This document shows, piece by piece, positions 35,000 through 42,601 of a DNA stretch of 64,000 bases (positions within the stretch are counted from its first letter, which is position 1; every line of letters starts with the position of its first letter). Where the stretch lies: positions 225,327 to 289,326 of the forward strand of contig CAZUGF010000001.1 of NCBI GenBank assembly GCA_964619705.1, written 5' to 3'. The translations under genes and the position numbers were made by a program. Source of the stretch: an uncultured Bifidobacteriaceae bacterium (GTDB taxonomy: Bacteria; Acidobacteriota; Vicinamibacteria; Vicinamibacterales; UBA2999). A model generated the notes under the pieces. It saw only the letters and a program-made list of their open reading frames with translations, searched no databases and had not been told where the DNA came from.

Positions 35000-36150
35000 G
35001 CCGCCGTCGTCGGGACCTGTTCGGCGTCCGGCAGCGCGGACAGCAGATCGTGCAGGCGCGACAGGCCGGTCATCATGTACTCGGAGGGTTCCCCGAACCC
35101 GAGCCGCAGGTAACCGTCCATGCCGAAGTGATCGCCGGGCACCACGAGCACGCTCTTCTCCTCGCGGAGCCGGGTGACGAGCGCGGTGGAGTTGATGCGG
35201 TAGTGGTAGCGCACGTAGACGATGGCGCCGGCCTCGGGCCGGATCCAGGAGAATGCACGCCGCCGCTCACCCAGCCACGTCTCGATGACCGGCAGGTTGG
35301 CGCGGAGGATGCCGCGCGTGCGCGTGAGCAGGCGCTCGCGCGTGGCGGGTTGCAGGGCCGCCCGTGCCAGCCGGTCGCTGAGGGCGCCGGGTGCGATGGT
35401 GGTGTAGTCGTGGTACGCCCAGCAGGAGGCCACCAGATCGGGCGGCCCGACAATCCAGCCGATCCGCAGGCCCGGCAGGCCGTAGGCCTTCGACAGGCCG
35501 CTCGTGACGACGACACGGGAGCTGCGGCCCCACATGGAGGGCGTCTCGACGCCGTCGATTTCCGCGCCGCGGTAGATCTCGTCGGACAGGATCCACGCGC
35601 CGACCCTGTCCGCTGCCCGCGCCACGGCGTCCAGGTCGGCGTCCGTCAGGCGCGCGCCCGTCGGGTTGTCCGGATTGCAGATCACGATCAGCCGCGTGCG
35701 CGGACCGACGAGCGCCTCGAGCGCATCGATGTCCACGCGCCAGCGTCCCGCGGCCGTGTCCTCGACCAGCGCCCACTCGCGGACGGTCCCGCCGAAGGCA
35801 CGGACGAGCCCCCACGCCTGCATGTAGGTCGGCACGAGCATGACGACCTCGTCGCCGGGCTCCACCAGCCGCCACGTCGCGATGTAGTTGGCTTCCGAGC
35901 CGCCGTTGGTGACCTCCACGTGCGGCGCCGATGCGCCGGGGTAGAGGGCGGCGATGGACTCCCGCAGCTCGGCGGTGCCGTTCGACTGCGTGTAGACGAG
36001 CGGCTGGTCCAGCAGCCCCTCGATGCCCGAGCCGCCCTCGAGCAGTTCCCGCGGCGAGAGCGGGCGCACGCCACTCTCGGAGAGATTGCAGTCCACCTGG
36101 TGCTCGTAGGTGGATTGCATCCGCTCCATGGCAAAAGGCTCGAGCTGCAT
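34996..36150 (-). CDS. Class I/II PLP-dependent aminotransferase
   Basis: Homology starts at the ATG at 36150 (MQLEPFAMERMQSTYEHQVDCNLSESGV). Motifs NPDNPTG and PLP-Lys SGLSKAYGLPGLRIGW are present. ATGA overlap with the next gene. Confidence 0.85.
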   Translation of the reverse strand: MQLEPFAMERMQSTYEHQVDCNLSESGVRPLSPRELLEGGSGIEGLLDQPLVYTQSNGTAELRESIAALYPGASAPHVEVTNGGSEANYIATWRLVEPGDEVVMLVPTYMQAWGLVRAFGGTVREWALVEDTAAGRWRVDIDALEALVGPRTRLIVICNPDNPTGARLTDADLDAVARAADRVGAWILSDEIYRGAEIDGVETPSMWGRSSRVVVTSGLSKAYGLPGLRIGWIVGPPDLVASCWAYHDYTTIAPGALSDRLARAALQPATRERLLTRTRGILRANLPVIETWLGERRRAFSWIRPEAGAIVYVRYHYRINSTALVTRLREEKSVLVVPGDHFGMDGYLRLGFGEPSEYMMTGLSRLHDLLSALPDAEQVPTTAA

Positions 36151-36261
36151 GCCCGGCAGTATAGCCGCTCGATTGTCCCGCTCGTGTCCCGTGGCCGGCT
36201 GTCCGGCAGCGGCGCGCGTCTGAAGGGACGGGAGGGCGCACGAATGTGTTATGACACTCGT

Positions 36262-36966
36262 ATGCCGAGATGGATCATCAGCCTGGCGATGGTGGGGGTG
36301 TGCATGGCCGCGTCTGCGAGGGCACAGGACAGGACGCCGGAACCGCCCGTCGTGGTGGCGCAGGGCGAGGGCATTGTCCGCACTGCGCCGGACCAGGCGT
36401 TCGTGCGCATCGGGGCCGAGGCGCGGGCCGGCGATCCGAAGGACGCGCAGGCGGCCAACGCGGCGGCGATGACCGCCGTGCAGGAGCGCATCCTGTCGGC
36501 CGGTATCGGGAAGGACGCGGTCCGGACGGTCACCATCTCGCTGCAGCAGGAGTTCGACTACGTCGATGGCAAACAGCGGCCGCGCGGGTACGTGGCGCGC
36601 AACGTGGTCGAGGTCCGCGTCGACGACCTGGCCGCGCTCGGCGCCGTGATGGACGCATCCGTCGGCTCGGGGGCCACGTCCGTGCAGGGCCTCCGCTTCG
36701 ACCTGAAGGGCCGGGACGCCGCCGAGCGCGAAGCGCTGAAGCGTGCCGTGGCCGATGCCGTGGCTCGTGCCGGCGCCGCGGCCGGCGGGGCGGGCCGCGA
36801 GGTGGACCGCGTCCTCCGCATCGAGGAGACGGGATCCCGCGCGATGCCGAGACCCGAGATGGCCTTCATGGCCCGGGCGACCGCCGATCAGCCCCAGACG
36901 ACGCCGATTGCCGAGGGGGAGATCGAGGTGCGCGCCCAGGTGACGGTCACCGCCTCCATCAAGTAG
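36262..36966 (+). CDS. Secreted SIMPL-domain (DUF541) protein
   Basis: Signal peptide MPRWIISLAMVGVCMAASARAQ (alternative ATG at 36244). Body: VVAQGEGIVRTAPDQAFVRIGAE...GYVARNVVEVRVDDL... Confidence 0.75.
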   Translation: MPRWIISLAMVGVCMAASARAQDRTPEPPVVVAQGEGIVRTAPDQAFVRIGAEARAGDPKDAQAANAAAMTAVQERILSAGIGKDAVRTVTISLQQEFDYVDGKQRPRGYVARNVVEVRVDDLAALGAVMDASVGSGATSVQGLRFDLKGRDAAEREALKRAVADAVARAGAAAGGAGREVDRVLRIEETGSRAMPRPEMAFMARATADQPQTTPIAEGEIEVRAQVTVTASIK

Positions 36967-37097
36967 GCCGGCGTGCCCCTTGCACGGGCACGCCGCGATG
37001 GCCGTGCTCGAGCTGGCGCGATCCGCCTGTCCCAATTTCACTTGCCCTGCTGTCCGGGGGCGTGTTCCTCTAGGATTCCCGCGAGCGCCGGCCCACG

Positions 37098-38027
37098 ATG
37101 TCCCTGCACCCTCTCGACACCGATCGGTCCCTGCCGACATCCTTGATCGAGATGGTCGGTGCGACACCGCTCGTGCGCCTGCCGCGGATCGAACGGGATC
37201 GGCCCGGCATCGAACTGTACGGAAAGGCGGAGTTCCAGAACCCCGGCGGTTCGGTCAAGGACCGGCCCGCGCGGCGCATGCTGCTCGAGGGCGTGCGGAG
37301 CGGGGCGCTCCGGCCGGGGAAGGTGATTCTGGACGCGACATCCGGCAACACGGGCATTGCCTACGCCATGCTCGGCGCATCGATGGGGTACCCGGTGTCC
37401 CTGTGTGTCCCCGAGAACGTGACGCCCGAGCGCAAGCGGATCCTGCGGGCGCTGGGCGTGGATCTGGTGATGACCAGCCCGCTCGAGGGGTCGGATGGCG
37501 CCATCCGTGAAGCACGGCGGCGATATGAGGCAGACCCGGAGACGTACTTCTATGCCGATCAGTACGGCAACGAGTTCAACTGGCGGGCGCACTACGACAC
37601 GACCGGGCCGGAGATCTTCGAGCAGACCGGCGGACGCGTCACGCACTTCGTGGCCGGGCTGGGGACGAGCGGCACGTTCGTCGGCGCCGGACGCCGGCTC
37701 CGGCAGCTGCAGCCCGCGATCGTGTTGGCGTCGGTGCAGCCGGACTCCCCGCTCCACGGGATCGAGGGCCTGAAGCACATGGAGACAGCCCTCGTGCCCG
37801 CTATCTACGATCCGTCCGTGGCGGACATCGACATGCGCGTCGGGACCGAGGAGGCGCAGGACATGGCCAGGCGCCTGGCGCGCGAAGAAGGCGTGTTCGT
37901 CGGGATCTCGTCGGGCGCCAACGTGGTGGCGGCCCTGCGGGCGGCGACGCCGCCGGCGGTGGTGGTGACCGTGCTGTGTGACAGCGGCGAGCGCTACCTG
38001 TCCGAGCGCTTCTGGGAGGAATCGTGA
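37098..38027 (+). CDS. cysM: Cysteine synthase, CysM type (thiocarboxylate-dependent pathway context)
   Basis: Motifs: PLP-Lys NPGGSVKDRPA, TSGNTGIAYA and GLGTSGTFVG. GTGA overlap with the mec-like gene. Confidence 0.9.
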   Translation: MSLHPLDTDRSLPTSLIEMVGATPLVRLPRIERDRPGIELYGKAEFQNPGGSVKDRPARRMLLEGVRSGALRPGKVILDATSGNTGIAYAMLGASMGYPVSLCVPENVTPERKRILRALGVDLVMTSPLEGSDGAIREARRRYEADPETYFYADQYGNEFNWRAHYDTTGPEIFEQTGGRVTHFVAGLGTSGTFVGAGRRLRQLQPAIVLASVQPDSPLHGIEGLKHMETALVPAIYDPSVADIDMRVGTEEAQDMARRLAREEGVFVGISSGANVVAALRAATPPAVVVTVLCDSGERYLSERFWEES

Positions 38028-38473
38028 CGATAGGGCTCGTGCTGGCGGCGGGGGTGGCGGAGGCGATTCGGGCGCACGGGGCCGAGACCTACCCGCACGA
38101 GTGCTGCGGCGCGCTCCTGGGCCGCGCCGGCACGGCGGTGACTGCGTTCCCGCTGCCCAACACCACCGAGGAGGGGCCGCGGCGCCGGTTCCGGGTCAGT
38201 GCCGACGACTACCGCGCCACCGAGCAGCGTGCCGGCGATCTCGGGCTCGAGCTGCTCGGCTTCTACCACTCGCACCCCGATCACCCCGCGCGTCCGTCGC
38301 AGTACGATCTGGACCACGCGTGGCCGGTGTTCTCGTACCTGATTATCTCGATCCGCAGCGGCGCGCCGCAGGAGATGGCCTCCTGGCGCCTGCGCGACGA
38401 CCGCTCCGCGTTCGACGAGGAATCGCTCGCCCTCGCAGAGGCCGAGCCCGACGCGGTCACTTCTGAGTCCTGA
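38024..38473 (+). CDS. mec: JAMM/MPN+ metalloprotease (Mec-like)
   Basis: Complete JAMM motif: E (HECCGALLG) and HSHPDHPARPSQYD (HxHx7Sx2D). Confidence 0.85.
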   Translation: MTIGLVLAAGVAEAIRAHGAETYPHECCGALLGRAGTAVTAFPLPNTTEEGPRRRFRVSADDYRATEQRAGDLGLELLGFYHSHPDHPARPSQYDLDHAWPVFSYLIISIRSGAPQEMASWRLRDDRSAFDEESLALAEAEPDAVTSES

Positions 38474-38483
38474 GGCCCACATC

Positions 38484-39938
38484 ATGGCGACTACGATCCT
38501 CATTCCGACGCCGCTGCGTCCCTTCACCGACAAGCTCGACGCCGTCGAGGTGGATGGACAGAACATCGGCGAGCTCCTCCAGAACCTGACGACCCGGTTC
38601 GCGCCGCTCAGGCAGCACCTGTTCACGAACGAAGGCCGCCTGAGAAGCTTCGTCAACGTCTACGTGAACGACGAGGACATCCGCTACCTCGCGAAGGACC
38701 AGACACCGGTGCAGCCCGGCGACGTGGTGAGCATCATCCCGTCCGTCGCGGGCGGCAGCGGCGCCGTCGCCGCCCCTCCGCTTCCGCAGTTGTCGCCGGA
38801 GGAGGTGAAGCGCTACAGCCGGCACCTGATCCTGTCGGAGATCGGCATGGACGGACAGCGGGCGCTCAAGGCCGGCAAGGTGCTGTGCATCGGCGCGGGC
38901 GGACTGGGATCGCCCGCCGCGATGTACCTGGCGGCCGCCGGCGTGGGCACCATCGGCGTCGTGGACTTCGACGTCGTGGACATGAGCAACCTGCAGCGCC
39001 AGTTGCTGCACACCACGCCCGACGTCGGGCGCTCGAAGCTGGACTCGGCCCGGGACAAGATCCTGGCGCTCAACCCCAACGTCCGCGTCGAGACCTACGA
39101 CACCGCGCTCAGCTCGGCCAACGCCCTCGAGATCTTCCGTCCCTACGACGTGATCCTCGACGGGACGGACAACTTCCCGACGCGATACCTGGTCAACGAT
39201 GCGTGCGTCCTGCTCGGCAAGCCCAATGCCTACGGCAGCATCTTCCGCTTCGAGGGACAGGCCTCGGTGTTCGCGACCCGCGGCGGGCCGTGCTATCGCT
39301 GCCTGTACCCCGAGCCGCCGCCGCCGGGCCTGGTGCCGAGCTGCGCCGAGGCCGGCGTGCTCGGCGTCCTCCCCGGCATCATCGGCACCATCCAGGCCAC
39401 CGAGACGCTCAAGCTCCTGCTCGGGGTCGGCGAGTCGCTGGCCGGACGCTTCCTCATCTTCGACGCGCTGCGGATGCGCTTCCGCGAGATGAAGCTCCGC
39501 CGCGACCCGGAGTGCCCCGTGTGCGGCGACCATCCCACCGTACGCGAACTCATCGACTACGATCAGTTCTGCGGCGTCGGCGCCGTCGCGCCGGATGCCG
39601 GATCAGGTGCCCCCATGTCCCAAGACATCAGCCCCCTCGAGTTGAAGGCCGCGTTCGACCGCGGCGACACGGTCGTCCTCGTCGACGTCCGCGAGCCGCA
39701 GGAATACCAGATCAACAAGATCCCGGGATCCGTCCTCATCCCCCTCGGCGAGATCCCGCAGCGCCACGCCGAGCTCGGCGATCCGTCGGCGCTCATCGTC
39801 ACGCAGTGCAAGTCCGGCGTCCGCAGCGCCAAGGCGGCGGCGTTCCTGCGCACCGCGGGCTTCTCCAACGTGAAGAACCTGACGGGCGGGATCCTGGCCT
39901 GGATCGACCAGGTGGACCCGAGCCAGCCGAAGTACTAG
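38484..39938 (+). CDS. Fusion protein: CysO-like ubiquitin-fold sulfur carrier + MoeZ-type E1 adenylyltransferase + rhodanese
   Basis: Residues 1-93 are colinear with mycobacterial CysO and end in IIPSVAGG. There is no stop codon (GCG GGC GGC AGC GGC...). A short linker follows. Then comes an E1 domain (RYSRHLILSEIG, IGAGGLGSPAAMYLAAAGVG, CYRC, CPVC) and a rhodanese domain with active Cys (VTQCKSGVRS). Confidence 0.9.
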   Translation: MATTILIPTPLRPFTDKLDAVEVDGQNIGELLQNLTTRFAPLRQHLFTNEGRLRSFVNVYVNDEDIRYLAKDQTPVQPGDVVSIIPSVAGGSGAVAAPPLPQLSPEEVKRYSRHLILSEIGMDGQRALKAGKVLCIGAGGLGSPAAMYLAAAGVGTIGVVDFDVVDMSNLQRQLLHTTPDVGRSKLDSARDKILALNPNVRVETYDTALSSANALEIFRPYDVILDGTDNFPTRYLVNDACVLLGKPNAYGSIFRFEGQASVFATRGGPCYRCLYPEPPPPGLVPSCAEAGVLGVLPGIIGTIQATETLKLLLGVGESLAGRFLIFDALRMRFREMKLRRDPECPVCGDHPTVRELIDYDQFCGVGAVAPDAGSGAPMSQDISPLELKAAFDRGDTVVLVDVREPQEYQINKIPGSVLIPLGEIPQRHAELGDPSALIVTQCKSGVRSAKAAAFLRTAGFSNVKNLTGGILAWIDQVDPSQPKY

Positions 39939-39944
39939 CCCGCA

Positions 39945-39987
39945 TTCTCGCGCGCGTCCTCGGCATGTTCTCGCGCGTGCCCTCGGC
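39945..39987 (+). repeat. Two 20-nt direct repeats separated by 3 nt
   Basis: TTCTCGCGCGCGTCCTCGGC (39945-39964) and TTCTCGCGCGTGCCCTCGGC (39968-39987) are identical at 18 of 20 positions. They lie just after the moeZ-fusion stop. Confidence 0.7.
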
Positions 39988-40057
39988 GCGTGAACTCAGG
40001 GCCGGCGGCCGCGTCCCCCCGCGTCTTCCTGGGCGCTGGTCGCCGGGGTCCGGGGGC

Positions 40058-40105
40058 GCTTTGTACGCGGTTTGTCACAGGGCTTTGTACCCGGCTTGTA
40101 ACAGG
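40058..40105 (+). repeat. Perfectly adjacent 24-nt tandem repeat upstream of iscR (four TTGTNAC-type cores at ~11-13 nt spacing)
   Basis: GCTTTGTACGCGGTTTGTCACAGG and GCTTTGTACCCGGCTTGTAACAGG are identical at 21 of 24 positions. The last core overlaps a possible -35 (TTGTAA 40096-40101), 18 nt before TAAAAT (40120-40125). Confidence 0.7.
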
Positions 40106-40158
40106 AGGGGGTTGCGGGCTAAAATAGGACTACTGAGGTCGGATTTAGGGACCCGCCA

Positions 40159-40644
40159 ATGCTGAGATTCTCAAAGAAGTCTGACTACGGCTTGATTGCG
40201 ATGTCGCACCTGGCGATGCGCCAGGACGGCGGGGGCTCGTCGAGCGCCCGCGAGATTTCGGAGAGCTACGCCATCCCGCAGGAGCTGCTCGCCAAGGTGC
40301 TCCAGCGGCTCGCGCGCGCCAAGCTGCTCGTGTCCGTGCAGGGTACGCGCGGCGGCTATCGCCTGGGCCGGCCGGCGGCGACCATCAGCGTCGCCGACGT
40401 GATCGAGGCCGTCGATGGGCCGGTGACCGTGACGGCGTGCGCGCCGGACGATCACACGTGCGAGCAGTACGGCACCTGCAGCATCCGGGACCCCCTCTGG
40501 AAGATCAAGGGACGCATCATCGAGACCCTGACCACGGTCTCCGTGGCGGAGCTCGCGGCCGACAGCAGCGAGCCGGCCCCGCTGCCCGTGACGCCCAAGG
40601 TCTCGCGGCTGCTCTTCGTGCCCCCGGCCGGAGGGTCCTCGTGA
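40159..40644 (+). CDS. iscR: Rrf2-family transcriptional regulator (IscR-like)
   Basis: The N-terminus is MLRFSKKSDYGLIAMSHLA with a wHTH. A three-Cys cluster motif is present (CAPDDHTCEQYGTC). It is the first gene of the Fe-S operon. Confidence 0.85.
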   Translation: MLRFSKKSDYGLIAMSHLAMRQDGGGSSSAREISESYAIPQELLAKVLQRLARAKLLVSVQGTRGGYRLGRPAATISVADVIEAVDGPVTVTACAPDDHTCEQYGTCSIRDPLWKIKGRIIETLTTVSVAELAADSSEPAPLPVTPKVSRLLFVPPAGGSS

Positions 40645-41816
40645 TCTATCTCGACCACCACGCGACGACGCCCGTGGACGCCCGCGTGGTCGAGGCGATG
40701 CTCCCGTATTTCTCGGGGACGTTCGGCAACCCGTCGAGCCGCAACCACCGGTTCGGCTGGGAGGCGGGCGAGGCCGTCGAGCGCGCGCGGAAGCAGGTGG
40801 CGGCGCTCGTCGGGGCGAGCCCGAAGGAGATCGTGTTCACGAGCGGCGCGACGGAGGCGAACAACCTCGCGATTGCCGGTGCGGCGCGTGTCGGCGATCG
40901 CCGGCACATCGTGACGGTGGCCACCGAGCACAAGGCGGTCCTCGATCCGTGCCGGCGGCTGGAGGCCGAGGGGTGGACGCTGACCGTGCTGCCTGTCGCA
41001 CCGGACGGCATCGTGGACCTCGCTGCGGTGGACCGTGCGATCACGGACGAGACAGCGCTCGTGAGCGTGATGGCGGCGAACAACGAGATTGGCGTCCTCC
41101 AGCCGGTGGCGGAGATTGCGCGCATGGCCGCGGCGCGTGGGGCCATCGTGCACACCGATGCCGTGCAGGCGGCGGGGAAGGTCCCGCTGGACCTGACGGC
41201 GCTCGGCGTCCACCTGGCGTCGGTCACGGCGCACAAGGTGTACGGGCCGAAGGGCGTGGGTGCGCTGTACGTGCGCGGCGCCGGGCCGAAGGCCCGCCGT
41301 GCGGGCGTCGACGGTGCGGCCGTGCGGCTCGTGCCGCAGATCGTCGGCGGCGGACAGGAGCGCGGGCTTCGCGCAGGCACGCTCAACGTCCCCGGGATTG
41401 TCGGCTTCGGGGCGGCGTGCGAGCTGGCGGCGGCCGGGATGGCGGAGGAGAGCGTCCGCCTCGGTGTGCTGCGCGACAGGCTGCGTGCGGCGCTCGGCCG
41501 GGCGCTCGACGGCGTGCGGATCAACGGGTCGATGACGGCGAGGCTGCCGGGCAACCTGAACGTGAGCGTTGACGGTGTCGATGGCGAGGCCCTGCTCGTC
41601 GGCCTGCACGATGTGGCGGTGTCCTCGGGCGCGGCGTGTACGGCGGCCGAGCCGTCGCACGTGCTGATGGCGCTCGGGTTGAGCCGGGATCGGGCGCTCG
41701 CGTCCCTGCGGTTCGGGCTGGGGCGCGGCACGACGGAGACGGACGTGGACCAGGCGGCGGCCCGTGTGGCCGCCATGGTCGTGCACCTGCGGGCGATGTC
41801 GCCCGTGGGAGCGTGA
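40641..41816 (+). CDS. iscS: Cysteine desulfurase, IscS/NifS type
   Basis: The GTG at 40641 overlaps the iscR stop (GTGA). Motifs: IYLDHHATTPVD, FTSGATEANN, PLP-Lys SVTAHKVYGPKG and active-site loop SSGAACT. Confidence 0.9.
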   Translation: MIYLDHHATTPVDARVVEAMLPYFSGTFGNPSSRNHRFGWEAGEAVERARKQVAALVGASPKEIVFTSGATEANNLAIAGAARVGDRRHIVTVATEHKAVLDPCRRLEAEGWTLTVLPVAPDGIVDLAAVDRAITDETALVSVMAANNEIGVLQPVAEIARMAAARGAIVHTDAVQAAGKVPLDLTALGVHLASVTAHKVYGPKGVGALYVRGAGPKARRAGVDGAAVRLVPQIVGGGQERGLRAGTLNVPGIVGFGAACELAAAGMAEESVRLGVLRDRLRAALGRALDGVRINGSMTARLPGNLNVSVDGVDGEALLVGLHDVAVSSGAACTAAEPSHVLMALGLSRDRALASLRFGLGRGTTETDVDQAAARVAAMVVHLRAMSPVGA

Positions 41817-41859
41817 GGGACAGGCGGCCGAAACGAGGCTGCGCCGCGGGAGAGGGCCG

Positions 41860-42240
41860 ATGAACTACTCCGCAGACGTCATCGACCGCGTCCGAAGCCC
41901 GCTGCGGGTGGGGTCGCTGCCTCGTGACGGCGCGGACGTGGGCACGGGCGAGGCGGGCACGATGGAAGACGGCGCGGTGGCGCGCATCCAGGTGCGCGTG
42001 GCCGGCCGCCGCATCGTCGAGGCGCGGTTCCGGGTGTTCGGGTGCAGCGCGGCGATTGCGAGCGCGAGCCTGATGGCGGAGTGGCTCGAGGGTGCCGCGG
42101 TCGGCGACGCGCCGGGCGTCACGGCGGATGGGATCGTCGCCGCGCTGGCCCTGCCGGCGGAACGCCGCCCGACAGCGGCGCTGGTGGTGACGGCGGCGGA
42201 GCGGGCGCTCGCGGACTGGAAGAGGAAGGCACAGCGATGA
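41860..42240 (+). CDS. IscU/NifU-N-like protein lacking two of the three cluster-ligand cysteines
   Basis: Colinear with IscU: [18 protein letters not shown]; [24 protein letters not shown]. The first Cys region reads [13 protein letters not shown]. The His-Cys region reads [13 protein letters not shown]. Confidence 0.7.
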   Translation: MNYSADVIDRVRSPLRVGSLPRDGADVGTGEAGTMEDGAVARIQVRVAGRRIVEARFRVFGCSAAIASASLMAEWLEGAAVGDAPGVTADGIVAALALPAERRPTAALVVTAAERALADWKRKAQR

Positions 42241-42569
42241 TCGAGATCACGGAGAGCGCGGCACAGGTGATTGCCCGGCAGCTCGAACGGAGCCGCCTGG
42301 GCAGCGGCGGCGGCCTGCGGATTGCGGTCAAGGCCGGCGGGTGCTCCGGCTACGCGTACACGTTTGCGTTCGACGAGGCGCCCCGGGCCACGGACCAGGT
42401 CTTCGAGGGACCGGGCGGCGCGCGGGTGTTCGTCGACCCGCGGAGCCTGGCGCTCCTCGACGGCACCGTGCTCGACTACGACGCCGGGAACCTGATGGCG
42501 TCGAACTTTACCTTGAGGAACCCGCACGCCAGGAGCACCTGCGGCTGCGGCGAGTCCTTTTCCGCCTGA
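42237..42569 (+). CDS. A-type Fe-S carrier (IscA/SufA/HesB family)
   Basis: ATGA overlap with the upstream gene. Motifs: [15 protein letters not shown] and the C-terminal CGCGESF. Confidence 0.9.
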   Translation: MIEITESAAQVIARQLERSRLGSGGGLRIAVKAGGCSGYAYTFAFDEAPRATDQVFEGPGGARVFVDPRSLALLDGTVLDYDAGNLMASNFTLRNPHARSTCGCGESFSA

Positions 42570-42601
42570 GAGGCACAGAGCCTGGAGCGAGACCCGGAAT
42601 C

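Noticed and set aside
40124-40148. IscR type-1-like box (ATAGGACTACTGAGGTCGGATTTAG) just upstream of iscR
   Set aside because: It matches only about half of the positions of the E. coli consensus as I remember it, and it has poor dyad symmetry (GACT vs GGTC). I kept it as a note only.
38885-40165. 426-aa plus-strand ORF running through the moeZ region into the iscR upstream spacer
   Set aside because: It is in an alternative frame of the well-supported CysO-MoeZ gene. Its product is Arg/Pro/Gly-rich, and it merely reads through the intergenic repeats.
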